Below are positions 31,918 to 39,501 of a stretch of 39,501 nt of DNA, piece by piece (position 1 is the first letter of the stretch; each line of letters opens with the position of its first letter). The stretch spans positions 1 to 39,501 of IMG/VR virus record IMGVR_UViG_3300031953_000056. One strand, given 5' to 3'. The notes below the pieces were generated by a model. The model worked only from the letters and a program-made list of their open reading frames with translations. It was not told where the DNA came from and ran no database searches. Position numbers and translations under genes: made by a program. This DNA is from a virus (lineage: Duplodnaviria > Caudoviricetes).

Positions 31918-34874
31918 AGCCCCCCAAGTTCGTTGTTGATGACCCCACGGATGATGCCGGTAAGGCCGCCCCCAAGATCGAGGGTTCCTTCGATTCGCGT
32001 GGGCGCTTTGCGTCCGCCCATAATCTGCGCATCGGTGGGAGCGGTGCGACCGCCACCCGCGAACGACTGTCCATCCTTCGGTGTCAGTGCGTACCCGAAC
32101 TCATCTGCGGCCTCAGCCAGAACTTGTGTCGATCGTCCGCGCTTCGCTGGAGATGCGGGAATGTACCACTCGCCGCCAGTCTCCGGTTCGGCCCACACCC
32201 GCATTGTGCCGGCGCGTGCGAACTGGGCGATGTGGTTTTCGCGTCCACCGTTGGCGTAGAAGTTGACCTTTCCACCATCGGCTTTCGTGATCCCACCGCT
32301 GCCACCTGTTGCGATGTGCAGTGTGGAGGTGTTGCCGATGCCGTCGATCAGGTCTTGGATCTTTCGCAGCCGCGTCGTAGCTTCCCCAGAATCAACAATC
32401 ATGTTGAACTCTTTTTCGGACGGGATCGCATAGATTTTATCTGCGAGGTTTTCGGCTTCGTCTGCTGTCGCGCCGAGGGCAAGCGCCTTGTCTATCAAGG
32501 CTTGTCGTCCGGCTTCAAGGGTGACCTTGTATGCGGCTGTGTCGTTGTCCAGATCGAACTGTGCCTTCGCCGCATCTTGCGAACTCTGAGCGAGGTCGTT
32601 GAGCATGCCAAGGTTCTCAGCGCCTGCAGCAGTGTTAGCGCTGATGCCTAGCGAGTACCCATCAGTGCCGGCAGCAATCGCAGCAATTTGAGCATCGACT
32701 TCACGCAAAGAATCCTGATAGTCAATGTTTTGCGAGACCGCATCCTGCCCGACACCGTTCGCTGCGTTGATCGTGTCGATGAGCGCGTCAAGGTTGTTTT
32801 GCAACCCTTCGACTTCATCGGCTGCTTCAACGTATGCCTCAGTCGAACTCTTCGTCCCATCGGCAGCGTCGCCTTGGGCAAGATCGAGCAATACAGTCTG
32901 TTTTTCGGCTTCGCTCATCGCTGCCGAGTAATCGCCTGTCTTCGTTGCCTGAACGATCAGCGCGTCCTTGTACGCGGGCATCGTGTCAAGGAGCTGCAAC
33001 AGGCGTTCATCGGAGCCGTCTGTTTCGTCAGCCAGATCACGGAACGATTTTTGCGCTGCGGGCAGGTCATTCTCTGCAAGGGTGCCGAGCGTTTCGCCGA
33101 CCTTCTTCACGCTCGTAAGAATCGTGTCGTAGGTGCGAGAGATTCCCGGCTGGTTGCTCTGGTAGCCCGCCTCGTTCGTTTTGCGCAGCGCTAGGTCTAG
33201 GTTTTTGATTTGTTGCGTGGCTTCGCTCACACCCTCTGCTGAGGTCGCCAGTCCGCGAAGGTGGGTTGCCATCACATCGATAGCAGTGCCGCTGCCCTCA
33301 ACGCTCGCGGTCATTTCTTCCGTTGATGCCTCAGCATCCTCAATATATTTCACCAGAAGTGCCACACCAACCGCCGCAGCAGCAAGTGCAAGACCCCACG
33401 GGCCAGCAAGGAACGAAGCGGTGCCACGGAGTGCGGCAGTAGTCTTCGGCATCTGAGCGGCCAGGAGCGCGGTCGCGACACGGAACTCTGCAATCTTCGG
33501 GATTGCCAGCAGAGCCACACCGCCACTGAGGATGATCGCTCCCGCAAACAGCGCAAGAACACCAATAGCACCCTGCACAGGCTCGGGCAGTCCACCAAGG
33601 AACGACGCGAACACGGAAAGACCTTCCGACGCTTCCGAGATCGCGGGGAGGAACACCTGCCCAAAACCAATCGCCGCATCCATCACGTTGTTCTTTGTGA
33701 TCTCAAGCTTCGAAGCGACAGTGTCGTACCTTTTCGCCGCCTCAGTAGTGAGTGCGTTGTTCGCTTCGAATGCTTCGTTGCCGGTACCCATCGCCTCAGT
33801 GAAGGAGTCAGACGCAGCAGCAGAACGCAGAAGTGCGTCACGCATCCGTACCTCGGTGATGCCGAGCTCCTCAAGCATCCCCAGGGTGGAACCGCCTTGT
33901 GATTCCGCATCAGCAAGGCCTTTTACGAACAGTGCCAGAGCTGCGCCCGGGTCGGTCTTCCACTTCTTCGCGAACTCGTCAGCGGAAACTCCGGCGATTT
34001 CGGCGAACTGGTCGAGACGTTTCCCGCCCTTGTCGACGGACGCGGCGATGTCGATCATGACCTTCGATACAGCGGAACCGCCGGCCTCAGCTTCGATACC
34101 GACAGACGAGAGTGCGGCGGCAAGTCCGAGCGTTTCGCCCTCGGTGAGACCGACCTGCTTTGATGCACCCGATAGACGGGTGGCCATTGCGACGATCTCA
34201 GCTTCGGTGGTGGCGTAGTTGTTGCCGAGCTCCACCACGGAGGAGCCAAGGTTCGAGACTTTATCCTGCGAGGTGCCCATTACGTTCATGAACCGGGCGA
34301 GCGCGGTAGCGGCTTCGTTGGCTGAAAGGTTTGTTGTTTCGCCAAGGTCGATCATGGTTCGGGTGAACGCGACGACGTTCTTTGTCTGAACCCCCAACTG
34401 GCCTGCAGCCTCTGCTACAGCTGCGATCTCCTGATGGGAGGCCGGAAGTACCTTGGTGAGGTCGCGGAGGCCGTCTTCGACCGCCCCAAGCTCCTCAGGG
34501 GTGCCTTCCACAGTCTTTGTGACGCCAGCCCACGCCGACTCCCAGTCGATCGCAACTTTCGCCGTGAGGGCGACCATTGCGAGCACGGATGCGCCGATGC
34601 CAACAGCAGCGGTCCCGATCTGGGTTTGGGCGCGCTTGACATCCTCGCCGAGTTGCTTCGCAGCACGTGCAGCTTCCGCTTGCTCTTTCGCGAGGCGTTT
34701 CGCTGACTGGGCGGCAGTCTCCTGCTTCTTTCCCAGTTCCTCGGTAGACTTCGCAGTCTCCTTCGAGGTGGTGCCGACCTTCTTAGCGGTCTGCTCCGCT
34801 CCGGCCATGGCCGTTTGGAAGACCTGGTCCCCGGCCACTTGAATGTTGAATACGATCGATCCGGCATCGAACAC
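31914..34874 (-). CDS. Tape measure protein (TP901-like)
   Basis: 986 aa Ala-rich; GQLG, LGNN.ATTE, EAGGSA motifs; WAEPETGGEWYIP near the C-terminus. Confidence 0.95.
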   Translation of the reverse strand: MFDAGSIVFNIQVAGDQVFQTAMAGAEQTAKKVGTTSKETAKSTEELGKKQETAAQSAKRLAKEQAEAARAAKQLGEDVKRAQTQIGTAAVGIGASVLAMVALTAKVAIDWESAWAGVTKTVEGTPEELGAVEDGLRDLTKVLPASHQEIAAVAEAAGQLGVQTKNVVAFTRTMIDLGETTNLSANEAATALARFMNVMGTSQDKVSNLGSSVVELGNNYATTEAEIVAMATRLSGASKQVGLTEGETLGLAAALSSVGIEAEAGGSAVSKVMIDIAASVDKGGKRLDQFAEIAGVSADEFAKKWKTDPGAALALFVKGLADAESQGGSTLGMLEELGITEVRMRDALLRSAAASDSFTEAMGTGNEAFEANNALTTEAAKRYDTVASKLEITKNNVMDAAIGFGQVFLPAISEASEGLSVFASFLGGLPEPVQGAIGVLALFAGAIILSGGVALLAIPKIAEFRVATALLAAQMPKTTAALRGTASFLAGPWGLALAAAAVGVALLVKYIEDAEASTEEMTASVEGSGTAIDVMATHLRGLATSAEGVSEATQQIKNLDLALRKTNEAGYQSNQPGISRTYDTILTSVKKVGETLGTLAENDLPAAQKSFRDLADETDGSDERLLQLLDTMPAYKDALIVQATKTGDYSAAMSEAEKQTVLLDLAQGDAADGTKSSTEAYVEAADEVEGLQNNLDALIDTINAANGVGQDAVSQNIDYQDSLREVDAQIAAIAAGTDGYSLGISANTAAGAENLGMLNDLAQSSQDAAKAQFDLDNDTAAYKVTLEAGRQALIDKALALGATADEAENLADKIYAIPSEKEFNMIVDSGEATTRLRKIQDLIDGIGNTSTLHIATGGSGGITKADGGKVNFYANGGRENHIAQFARAGTMRVWAEPETGGEWYIPASPAKRGRSTQVLAEAADEFGYALTPKDGQSFAGGGRTAPTDAQIMGGRKAPTRIEGTLDLGGGLTGIIRGVINNELGGL

Positions 34875-35253
34875 GAGTCATCACCGCTTTCTTTAGCCAT
34901 GAGCCCTCGATGTCGAGGAGTCGTTCAGTAGCGGATCGGATGTAGTGCCACGTTCTCGTGTCGAGAGCGCGGTCTATGTCCGTGATGAGGTGGTGCTGTG
35001 CGAGGTCAAGTTCGACCTCGCCAAAAAGTTGCGGGAATGCCTCAGCCCAAATGTCCTGAGCTGATGCCCCGGTTACGGCTTTGTCTGCTTCGGCAGCCTG
35101 TCTTGCGGCTGCTTCACGTTCTTCTTTCCACCCGTTGGGGTAGACGTAGTGGGGGTATTTGCCAGTTGAATCAGGGTTTCCAATGCCGAACTGGGCGATG
35201 TCCGCGAGGGTGAGAGCCCCAAACGTGCGACCAGCGCCCAGAGTGCTTTTACC
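34783..35253 (-). CDS. -1 frameshift extension of the tail assembly chaperone (G-T product)
   Basis: Slippery G GTA AAA at 35253-35247; -1 frame open to TAA at 34785-34783 (…VELDLAQHH…RTWHYIR…LLD…SWL). Confidence 0.75.
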   Translation of the reverse strand, partial: GKSTLGAGRTFGALTLADIAQFGIGNPDSTGKYPHYVYPNGWKEEREAAARQAAEADKAVTGASAQDIWAEAFPQLFGEVELDLAQHHLITDIDRALDTRTWHYIRSATERLLDIEGSWLKKAVMTRVRCRIDRIQHSSGRGPGLPNGHGRSGADR

Positions 35254-35630
35254 CCTCCAGCAAGGCCTTCACCGCCTTCGATGTAGGCGTTGACACCAGA
35301 CACACCAAGGATCGTTTGCCAGAACATGGCGGCGAGCGCAACAGATTCCGTTTCGGGGATCGACAGCTCGAGTCCCATCCGGTTCCCGACATGGCGTTCG
35401 TCGAGCGGTAGCGGTACCCACAGTTCACCGTCGAGGATTGCGCCGTCGACGGCTATGGCCAGAGCATCAGTCATCTGCTCACTGGTGGCAGCACCGGTTG
35501 CCCCGTTGAGGTACGTGTCGGTGATCTGCATACCTGCACGCCCAGGGAGGGGCTTGATGATGAACGGCTGATCGATGCCGATCACCGTGATGTGAAGGTC
35601 GCGGCCTTGCTGGGCGGCGGTAATGGTCAT
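35073..35630 (-). CDS. Tail assembly chaperone (G)
   Basis: Between major tail and tape measure; low-complexity tail after the slippery site. Confidence 0.8.
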   Translation of the reverse strand: MTITAAQQGRDLHITVIGIDQPFIIKPLPGRAGMQITDTYLNGATGAATSEQMTDALAIAVDGAILDGELWVPLPLDERHVGNRMGLELSIPETESVALAAMFWQTILGVSGVNAYIEGGEGLAGGVKALWALVARLGLSPSRTSPSSALETLIQLANTPTTSTPTGGKKNVKQPQDRLPKQTKP

Positions 35631-35707
35631 TAGTGGGTGTGCTCCTTGCAGTGATGGGAAGGGTGGTCACCCGGCGGAGACCGGTTAGGCCACCGCCGGG
35701 GAGGGTT

Positions 35708-36451
35708 CTACGCTGCGACGTACGCGAACGCTGCCGAGGCACCGGTCGCGTTCGTGACGATGATCGGAGCTGGACCAGCAACGGTGGCCGGGACGAGAAC
35801 CGCGAGGGTGTTGTCGTCGTACACGGTGAACTCCACGACAGCAGCACCGTCGATGGTGATACCGGTGGTGCCGGTGAACTTGTAACCGCGGAGGACGATG
35901 ATCTCGCCCACCGCTGCACCAGATGCCGGCGACACTGATTCGGTGATCGGCTCACCGGTGCCTGCAATCGGCGAGGTGATGTAATCCACGACACCGTTGG
36001 AGGTGAACGTGAACTTGTACCCGCCAGACTCCGCGAACCCGGTCTTCAGCGGTGCGACGGACACGGAGAAGTTGCCCTCGATCGCGGGAAGGTTCTCGTC
36101 CTTACCATCGAACAGTTGAACGTCGACCTTGTTCGCGGCACCCTTCGACTTGGCAATGTTGAGCAGGGCGATGAGCCACGGCTGTGCAATCGCACCGGTT
36201 TCGTCGCGGACGGCTTCAACGTCGGTCGTGATGACCCAGTTTTCGCCAATCTTCTCCATCGACTGAGTGGTCTTGTTGCCGTAGTTCTCGCGACCCTGAG
36301 TAACATCCGTGGGAAGCCCGTTGATGTTGTTGCAGTCGCCGGTGATGTTCTCGAAGACACCGCCACGCTTGACGCGGAGAATCTTCTCGTGGGCGAGCTG
36401 AAGGCTGCCCTCAGTCTGGGCGGTCGTGTTGTAAAGCGTCTGGTCGGACAT
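35708..36451 (-). CDS. Major tail protein with C-terminal IPT/TIG Ig-like domain
   Basis: AAGGAG SD; PITESVSPASG..G..I.L.G..F...VP...GPAPIIVTNATG. Confidence 0.85.
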   Translation of the reverse strand: MSDQTLYNTTAQTEGSLQLAHEKILRVKRGGVFENITGDCNNINGLPTDVTQGRENYGNKTTQSMEKIGENWVITTDVEAVRDETGAIAQPWLIALLNIAKSKGAANKVDVQLFDGKDENLPAIEGNFSVSVAPLKTGFAESGGYKFTFTSNGVVDYITSPIAGTGEPITESVSPASGAAVGEIIVLRGYKFTGTTGITIDGAAVVEFTVYDDNTLAVLVPATVAGPAPIIVTNATGASAAFAYVAA

Positions 36452-36525
36452 ATTTGCTCCTTGAATTGATGGGGGATGCCGGGCATGCCGGCGAACCCCT
36501 CCAGAGAGGGGCGGTCTGTGTGTGC

Positions 36526-36966
36526 TCAGGCGAGCGGGCGGCGACCTTTGAAGTAGAAGGTCTGCGCGGTGGAGTACCGGCCGTTACTGTCCTTCGTGAA
36601 GGTCAGCTGCGAGAACAGCGACACCCACGACACGTTGAACCCGGACGGGATGCCCTGTTTGTGGTCGAGGGCGGTCGCAAGTTTCCATGCGAGGTTGCTG
36701 GCCTGCACCTTTGTGCCTTTGAGGCGGGAGAGGATCTGGATGCGGTGCGTGAAGTTCGCCCGGCCTTCACGGATCGGATCAAGGGTGGTGAGCGCAATGA
36801 CGTTGTCGAGGGTGGTGGGCAGGTCTGGGCCGGAGACGATCGCGGGCCGTTCAAGTGTTGCCTCAGCCGGGGTATACACAGCGTTGGGCTTGTACAGGCC
36901 AAGTTCGATGTCGTCGAGGTGCTGTGCAAGGCCACGTTCAAATAGGACTAGGTAGGAATCAGGCAC
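36526..36966 (-). CDS. Tail terminator protein
   Basis: GTG after GGAGG; before major tail; QI..R, D.NGR motifs. Confidence 0.7.
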   Translation of the reverse strand: MPDSYLVLFERGLAQHLDDIELGLYKPNAVYTPAEATLERPAIVSGPDLPTTLDNVIALTTLDPIREGRANFTHRIQILSRLKGTKVQASNLAWKLATALDHKQGIPSGFNVSWVSLFSQLTFTKDSNGRYSTAQTFYFKGRRPLA

Positions 36967-37327
36967 CGCCAGCCTCCTTAGCAACGATCTTTCGGAGCTC
37001 CTCGACGTTCTGCGTCATCGGGTCTTCTAGATATTTGCCCTTGGCGCCGGGGTTGCTGTCGGTCGAGAAGTTGTATTCGGGGTGCTCGTGGAGGCGTGCA
37101 GCCTGGGGGCGGTCGTAGACGATCTGTGTCGTGTCGCCGATTTGCTCAGCGTTGACGACCTGCCCGGACTCCGAAAGGTCGCCATTGTCGAACGGGACCT
37201 GTTGCGAGGAGAGCGCGAGCCCACGTTCGCCAGCCATGTTCTGCCCACGCACAGCACCCATAAGGATCTCTGCGGTGACGGCATTGAAGTTGAGGGTGAC
37301 GGTGACTTGTGCGCTGATGTCATTCAT
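36959..37327 (-). CDS. Neck/tail completion protein (HK97 gp10-like)
   Basis: VP.D.G.L..S, YD.P.A.RLHE, KYLE.P. Confidence 0.75.
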   Translation of the reverse strand: MNDISAQVTVTLNFNAVTAEILMGAVRGQNMAGERGLALSSQQVPFDNGDLSESGQVVNAEQIGDTTQIVYDRPQAARLHEHPEYNFSTDSNPGAKGKYLEDPMTQNVEELRKIVAKEAGGA

Positions 37328-37668
37328 GTCGCCCAGATCTCCACATGGCTCGGTGTTCTCGGGTAGTCGAAAAAGGATGAGTCGATTACTTCGGCTTCAC
37401 GTTCGCGCGTAGTGCCAGCCCACACGGTGACTTTTGACGCGGGCAGCACATCATTCGCAGTGAGCAGCACAACGAATGTCGCGGCGGTGATTTCCTGCCC
37501 TACCGTGGGGGAGGATGAGCGGCGGTCGACCACGAGCTTCGACTTCTGCTCCACATACGCGGGCACATCCGGTACCGGGGTGGCGTACTCGACGCCCTCA
37601 GCACCCTCACCAGCAAGGCGGGTGACGATAATGCGGTGCGGAAGGTGACGTTTGCTGAGCCGAGTCAC
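37324..37668 (-). CDS. Head-to-tail stopper
   Basis: 114 aa beta-rich protein after the adaptor; positional. Confidence 0.65.
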   Translation of the reverse strand: MTRLSKRHLPHRIIVTRLAGEGAEGVEYATPVPDVPAYVEQKSKLVVDRRSSSPTVGQEITAATFVVLLTANDVLPASKVTVWAGTTREREAEVIDSSFFDYPRTPSHVEIWAT

Positions 37669-37677
37669 GAGTGCCCC

Positions 37678-38097
37678 CTACGAGTGGTAGACGGTCGCGG
37701 AAATCAGGCCCGCGTTCGTGAGGATGGTCACAGCAGACTCACCGATGCGCTGAACAAGCTTCTCGCGAGGACTGAGACCCTGCTGGGTGCTGCTGGTGGT
37801 GCCGAGAGACACGGAACCGATCTTCACCGCACCTTGTGCAGCATCAGCACCGTGCACATCGCCGGTTTCTTCCCAGAATTCGACGATCGCGCATGTCGCT
37901 TCTTTGAACGCATCGGAGATTGTGGCATCGGTGGGGAAGTTGTCCTCGTCGACGTCGTACCGAGAGAGGCGGGTGAGGCCATCGACCTCGGAGGATGCCG
38001 CGCGGAGTCGTTTGTTCAGGACGGGCAGTTCAACGTCGGCAGGCTCCTCGGCCAGTGCGGCGTAGTCGATCGCGGTGGCGTATACACGTTGAGCCAT
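37678..38097 (-). CDS. Head-to-tail adaptor
   Basis: YAT, L..AS..VD, ATCA.V.FW, V.IGSVS, L..AGL. Confidence 0.75.
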   Translation of the reverse strand: MAQRVYATAIDYAALAEEPADVELPVLNKRLRAASSEVDGLTRLSRYDVDEDNFPTDATISDAFKEATCAIVEFWEETGDVHGADAAQGAVKIGSVSLGTTSSTQQGLSPREKLVQRIGESAVTILTNAGLISATVYHS

Positions 38098-38100
38098 GGT

Positions 38101-38322
38101 CTATTCCTCGTCGTTGTCGATGCGAGCACGAATGAGCGCAGCGGAATCGCGGGCGGCAAGTTTCACGCCAGCCGCTGCCAAGATCGCAATGTTCCGGGCA
38201 TAGATAGTTGGGGTCGCTGCGGGAATGAAGTAGCCACAGCCGGATAGCGGCCCACCCCATGACAAGTCGCCGGGTTCTCCCTTGATGAAACCGCCGTCAG
38301 AGTGAGCTGAGGTGTCGGTCAT
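38101..38322 (-). CDS. Hypothetical protein
   Basis: Fills the operon gap; contains the SD for the next gene. Confidence 0.45.
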   Translation of the reverse strand: MTDTSAHSDGGFIKGEPGDLSWGGPLSGCGYFIPAATPTIYARNIAILAAAGVKLAARDSAALIRARIDNDEE

Positions 38323-38324
38323 GG

Positions 38325-38756
38325 TCAGTTGAAGGACGTAGAGGGGAGAGTCGCGAGGGACTCACCGTCACCGATGATCGTGCCGTCAGGCATCTCGACG
38401 ACTGCGAAGCCCACGGCTGGCTCGGCGGGCTGGCGACTGATCAGGTCGATCAGTTGGGCGCGCGTAGCCTTCGGTGGGAAATCGATGCCCTCAACGCCCG
38501 CGATATTGCGCAGCTCCGGCAGCTTCAGCTCCGTCAGATCGACGAGCTCAGGGTCTCGGTCGACGTCGGCAGGTACAGCGAAATCCATGGACGTGATCCC
38601 GTTCGGCATGAGCGTCTTGATCGTGAAGCCGTGCTGCAGGAGTGCCTGCTTGCGCTCAGCGTGCAACTCTTCGACCTCAGCGAACCCGTCGATGAACTCG
38701 ATGCCGAGGAAGCGCTGACGGCCCAGCTGAGGGCGGGGGTGGGTGATGCGAGCCAT
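38325..38756 (-). CDS. Head-associated protein with HeH/Rho-N-like domain
   Basis: Start MARITH after GGAG; LTELKLPELRNIA...I..P.KA.RA.LI.LI. Confidence 0.65.
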   Translation of the reverse strand: MARITHPRPQLGRQRFLGIEFIDGFAEVEELHAERKQALLQHGFTIKTLMPNGITSMDFAVPADVDRDPELVDLTELKLPELRNIAGVEGIDFPPKATRAQLIDLISRQPAEPAVGFAVVEMPDGTIIGDGESLATLPSTSFN

Positions 38757-38829
38757 GATGCTCCGATCAGAGAGAGTGGGTGAGGGTGCGAGGCCGCGAC
38801 AGGGAGGAACTGCCGCGACCCCACGAGGG

Positions 38830-39246
38830 TTACTCGGCGGGTACAACCTCGAGCGTGTCGATGATGCTGAGGTGTGTTCCGTCGTCAAAAACAGCCACAT
38901 CAGTGTCCGTTTCCTCGTCGTGGCGAACCTCAACAACAAGACCGCGCCAGGCGGTGGCCTTGTCGAGTGCCTCAGGTGTTGCGTCAGGGACATCGATCGC
39001 AGCAGCGAGTGCCGTCTCGTTGAGCTTGACCGTTTCACCAACGTGGATGGGAAGTTCGGCGATGCGCTTCGCTTCCGCGTCAACAGCGGCCTTCTCCGCT
39101 TCGAGGGCAGCTTTCTCGGCCTTCTTCTCAGCGGCGGTCTGCTTGACGACGAGTTCCCAGTCGCCCGGGTGGGGGAGCTGTTCCCAGCTCTCGTCGACGG
39201 TAATGAGAGTCGTCGGCTTACCGACAGACTTGAACGTGTTGGACAA
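38830..39246 (-). CDS. Hypothetical head-region protein
   Basis: TTG start after AAGGAG; AEK-rich segment. Confidence 0.65.
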   Translation of the reverse strand: MSNTFKSVGKPTTLITVDESWEQLPHPGDWELVVKQTAAEKKAEKAALEAEKAAVDAEAKRIAELPIHVGETVKLNETALAAAIDVPDATPEALDKATAWRGLVVEVRHDEETDTDVAVFDDGTHLSIIDTLEVVPAE

Positions 39247-39314
39247 GATGTACTCCTTGGATCTGTGGGGCGGGAAGCGGGCGACCAGATGACCAGTCGC
39301 CCGCTCAGAGCGGT

Positions 39315-39501
39315 CTAGATGAAGACCGGGAGGCCACGCAGCTGGGCGTGAGCCTTCTCGTTGCCGTACTCCAAACCGATCTCGCCGTACAGCTGCGAAC
39401 GAGTCGCAGAGCCGACCTTGGCCAGAGGCTCTTCGAAGAAGTGACCTTGGCCCTCAACTTCGAGGAAGAACGGTGCAAGCTGCTCAAGCGAAACGATCGC
39501 G
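39315..39501 (-). CDS. Major capsid protein C-terminus (SU10/DUF5309-like), 5'-partial
   Basis: Not in ORF track; my translation ...FFEEPLAKVGSATRSQLYGEIGLEYGNEKAHAQLRGLPVFI*. Confidence 0.8.
   Translation of the reverse strand, partial: AIVSLEQLAPFFLEVEGQGHFFEEPLAKVGSATRSQLYGEIGLEYGNEKAHAQLRGLPVFI

Larger units (their letters stand above)
1..39501. mobile_element. Temperate siphophage genome, circularly permuted/excised form (intact attP), partial
   Basis: Terminase, portal, capsid, tail, tape measure, lysis, integrase and repressor modules present; no host genes seen; phage genes on both sides of the att core. Confidence 0.95.

Noticed and set aside
30-39318. Many long plus-strand and alternative-frame ORFs over the minus-strand operons
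   Set aside because: Shadow ORFs expected in high-GC DNA; Ser/Arg-rich, no motifs, fully overlapping well-supported genes.
39305-39487. 60-aa ORF from the track
   Set aside because: Wrong frame; another frame gives a recognisable capsid C-terminus ending at 39315.

Overview
A nearly complete temperate siphovirus genome from a high-GC actinobacterial host (Microbacteriaceae-like by inference). It appears in the circular/excised configuration: an intact attP (3' half of tRNA-Thr(CGT) flanked on both sides by integrase arm-type repeats) lies mid-window at about 24.0-24.3 kb. The window begins inside the minor capsid gene and ends inside the major capsid gene, so the two ends probably join through a short missing head segment. 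The left arm (minus strand) runs cro, xis, early membrane/surface genes, recombination (AAA ATPase, YqaJ, RecT-like, RusA-like), two orphan DNA methyltransferases, HNH, replication initiator and origin, SSB, a putative late regulator, terS, terL, portal and minor capsid. The centre (plus strand) holds the repressor, ImmA protease and tyrosine integrase, then attP and a second divergent HTH module ending in a lipoprotein. The right arm (minus strand) runs capsid, head-tail, tail, frameshifted chaperone, tape measure, baseplate and lysis genes. The most striking signal, absent from the ORF track, is a 566-nt non-coding leader in front of terS. It carries a promoter, an early terminator, nested long-range helices and a type I hammerhead ribozyme (CUGAAGA...GAAA...GUC) on the coding strand. 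Also missed by the ORF track: an intein in the minor capsid protein, a duplicated Arg/Lys-rich micro-peptide, a Cro homologue that seems to lack its recognition helix, and several micro-proteins.
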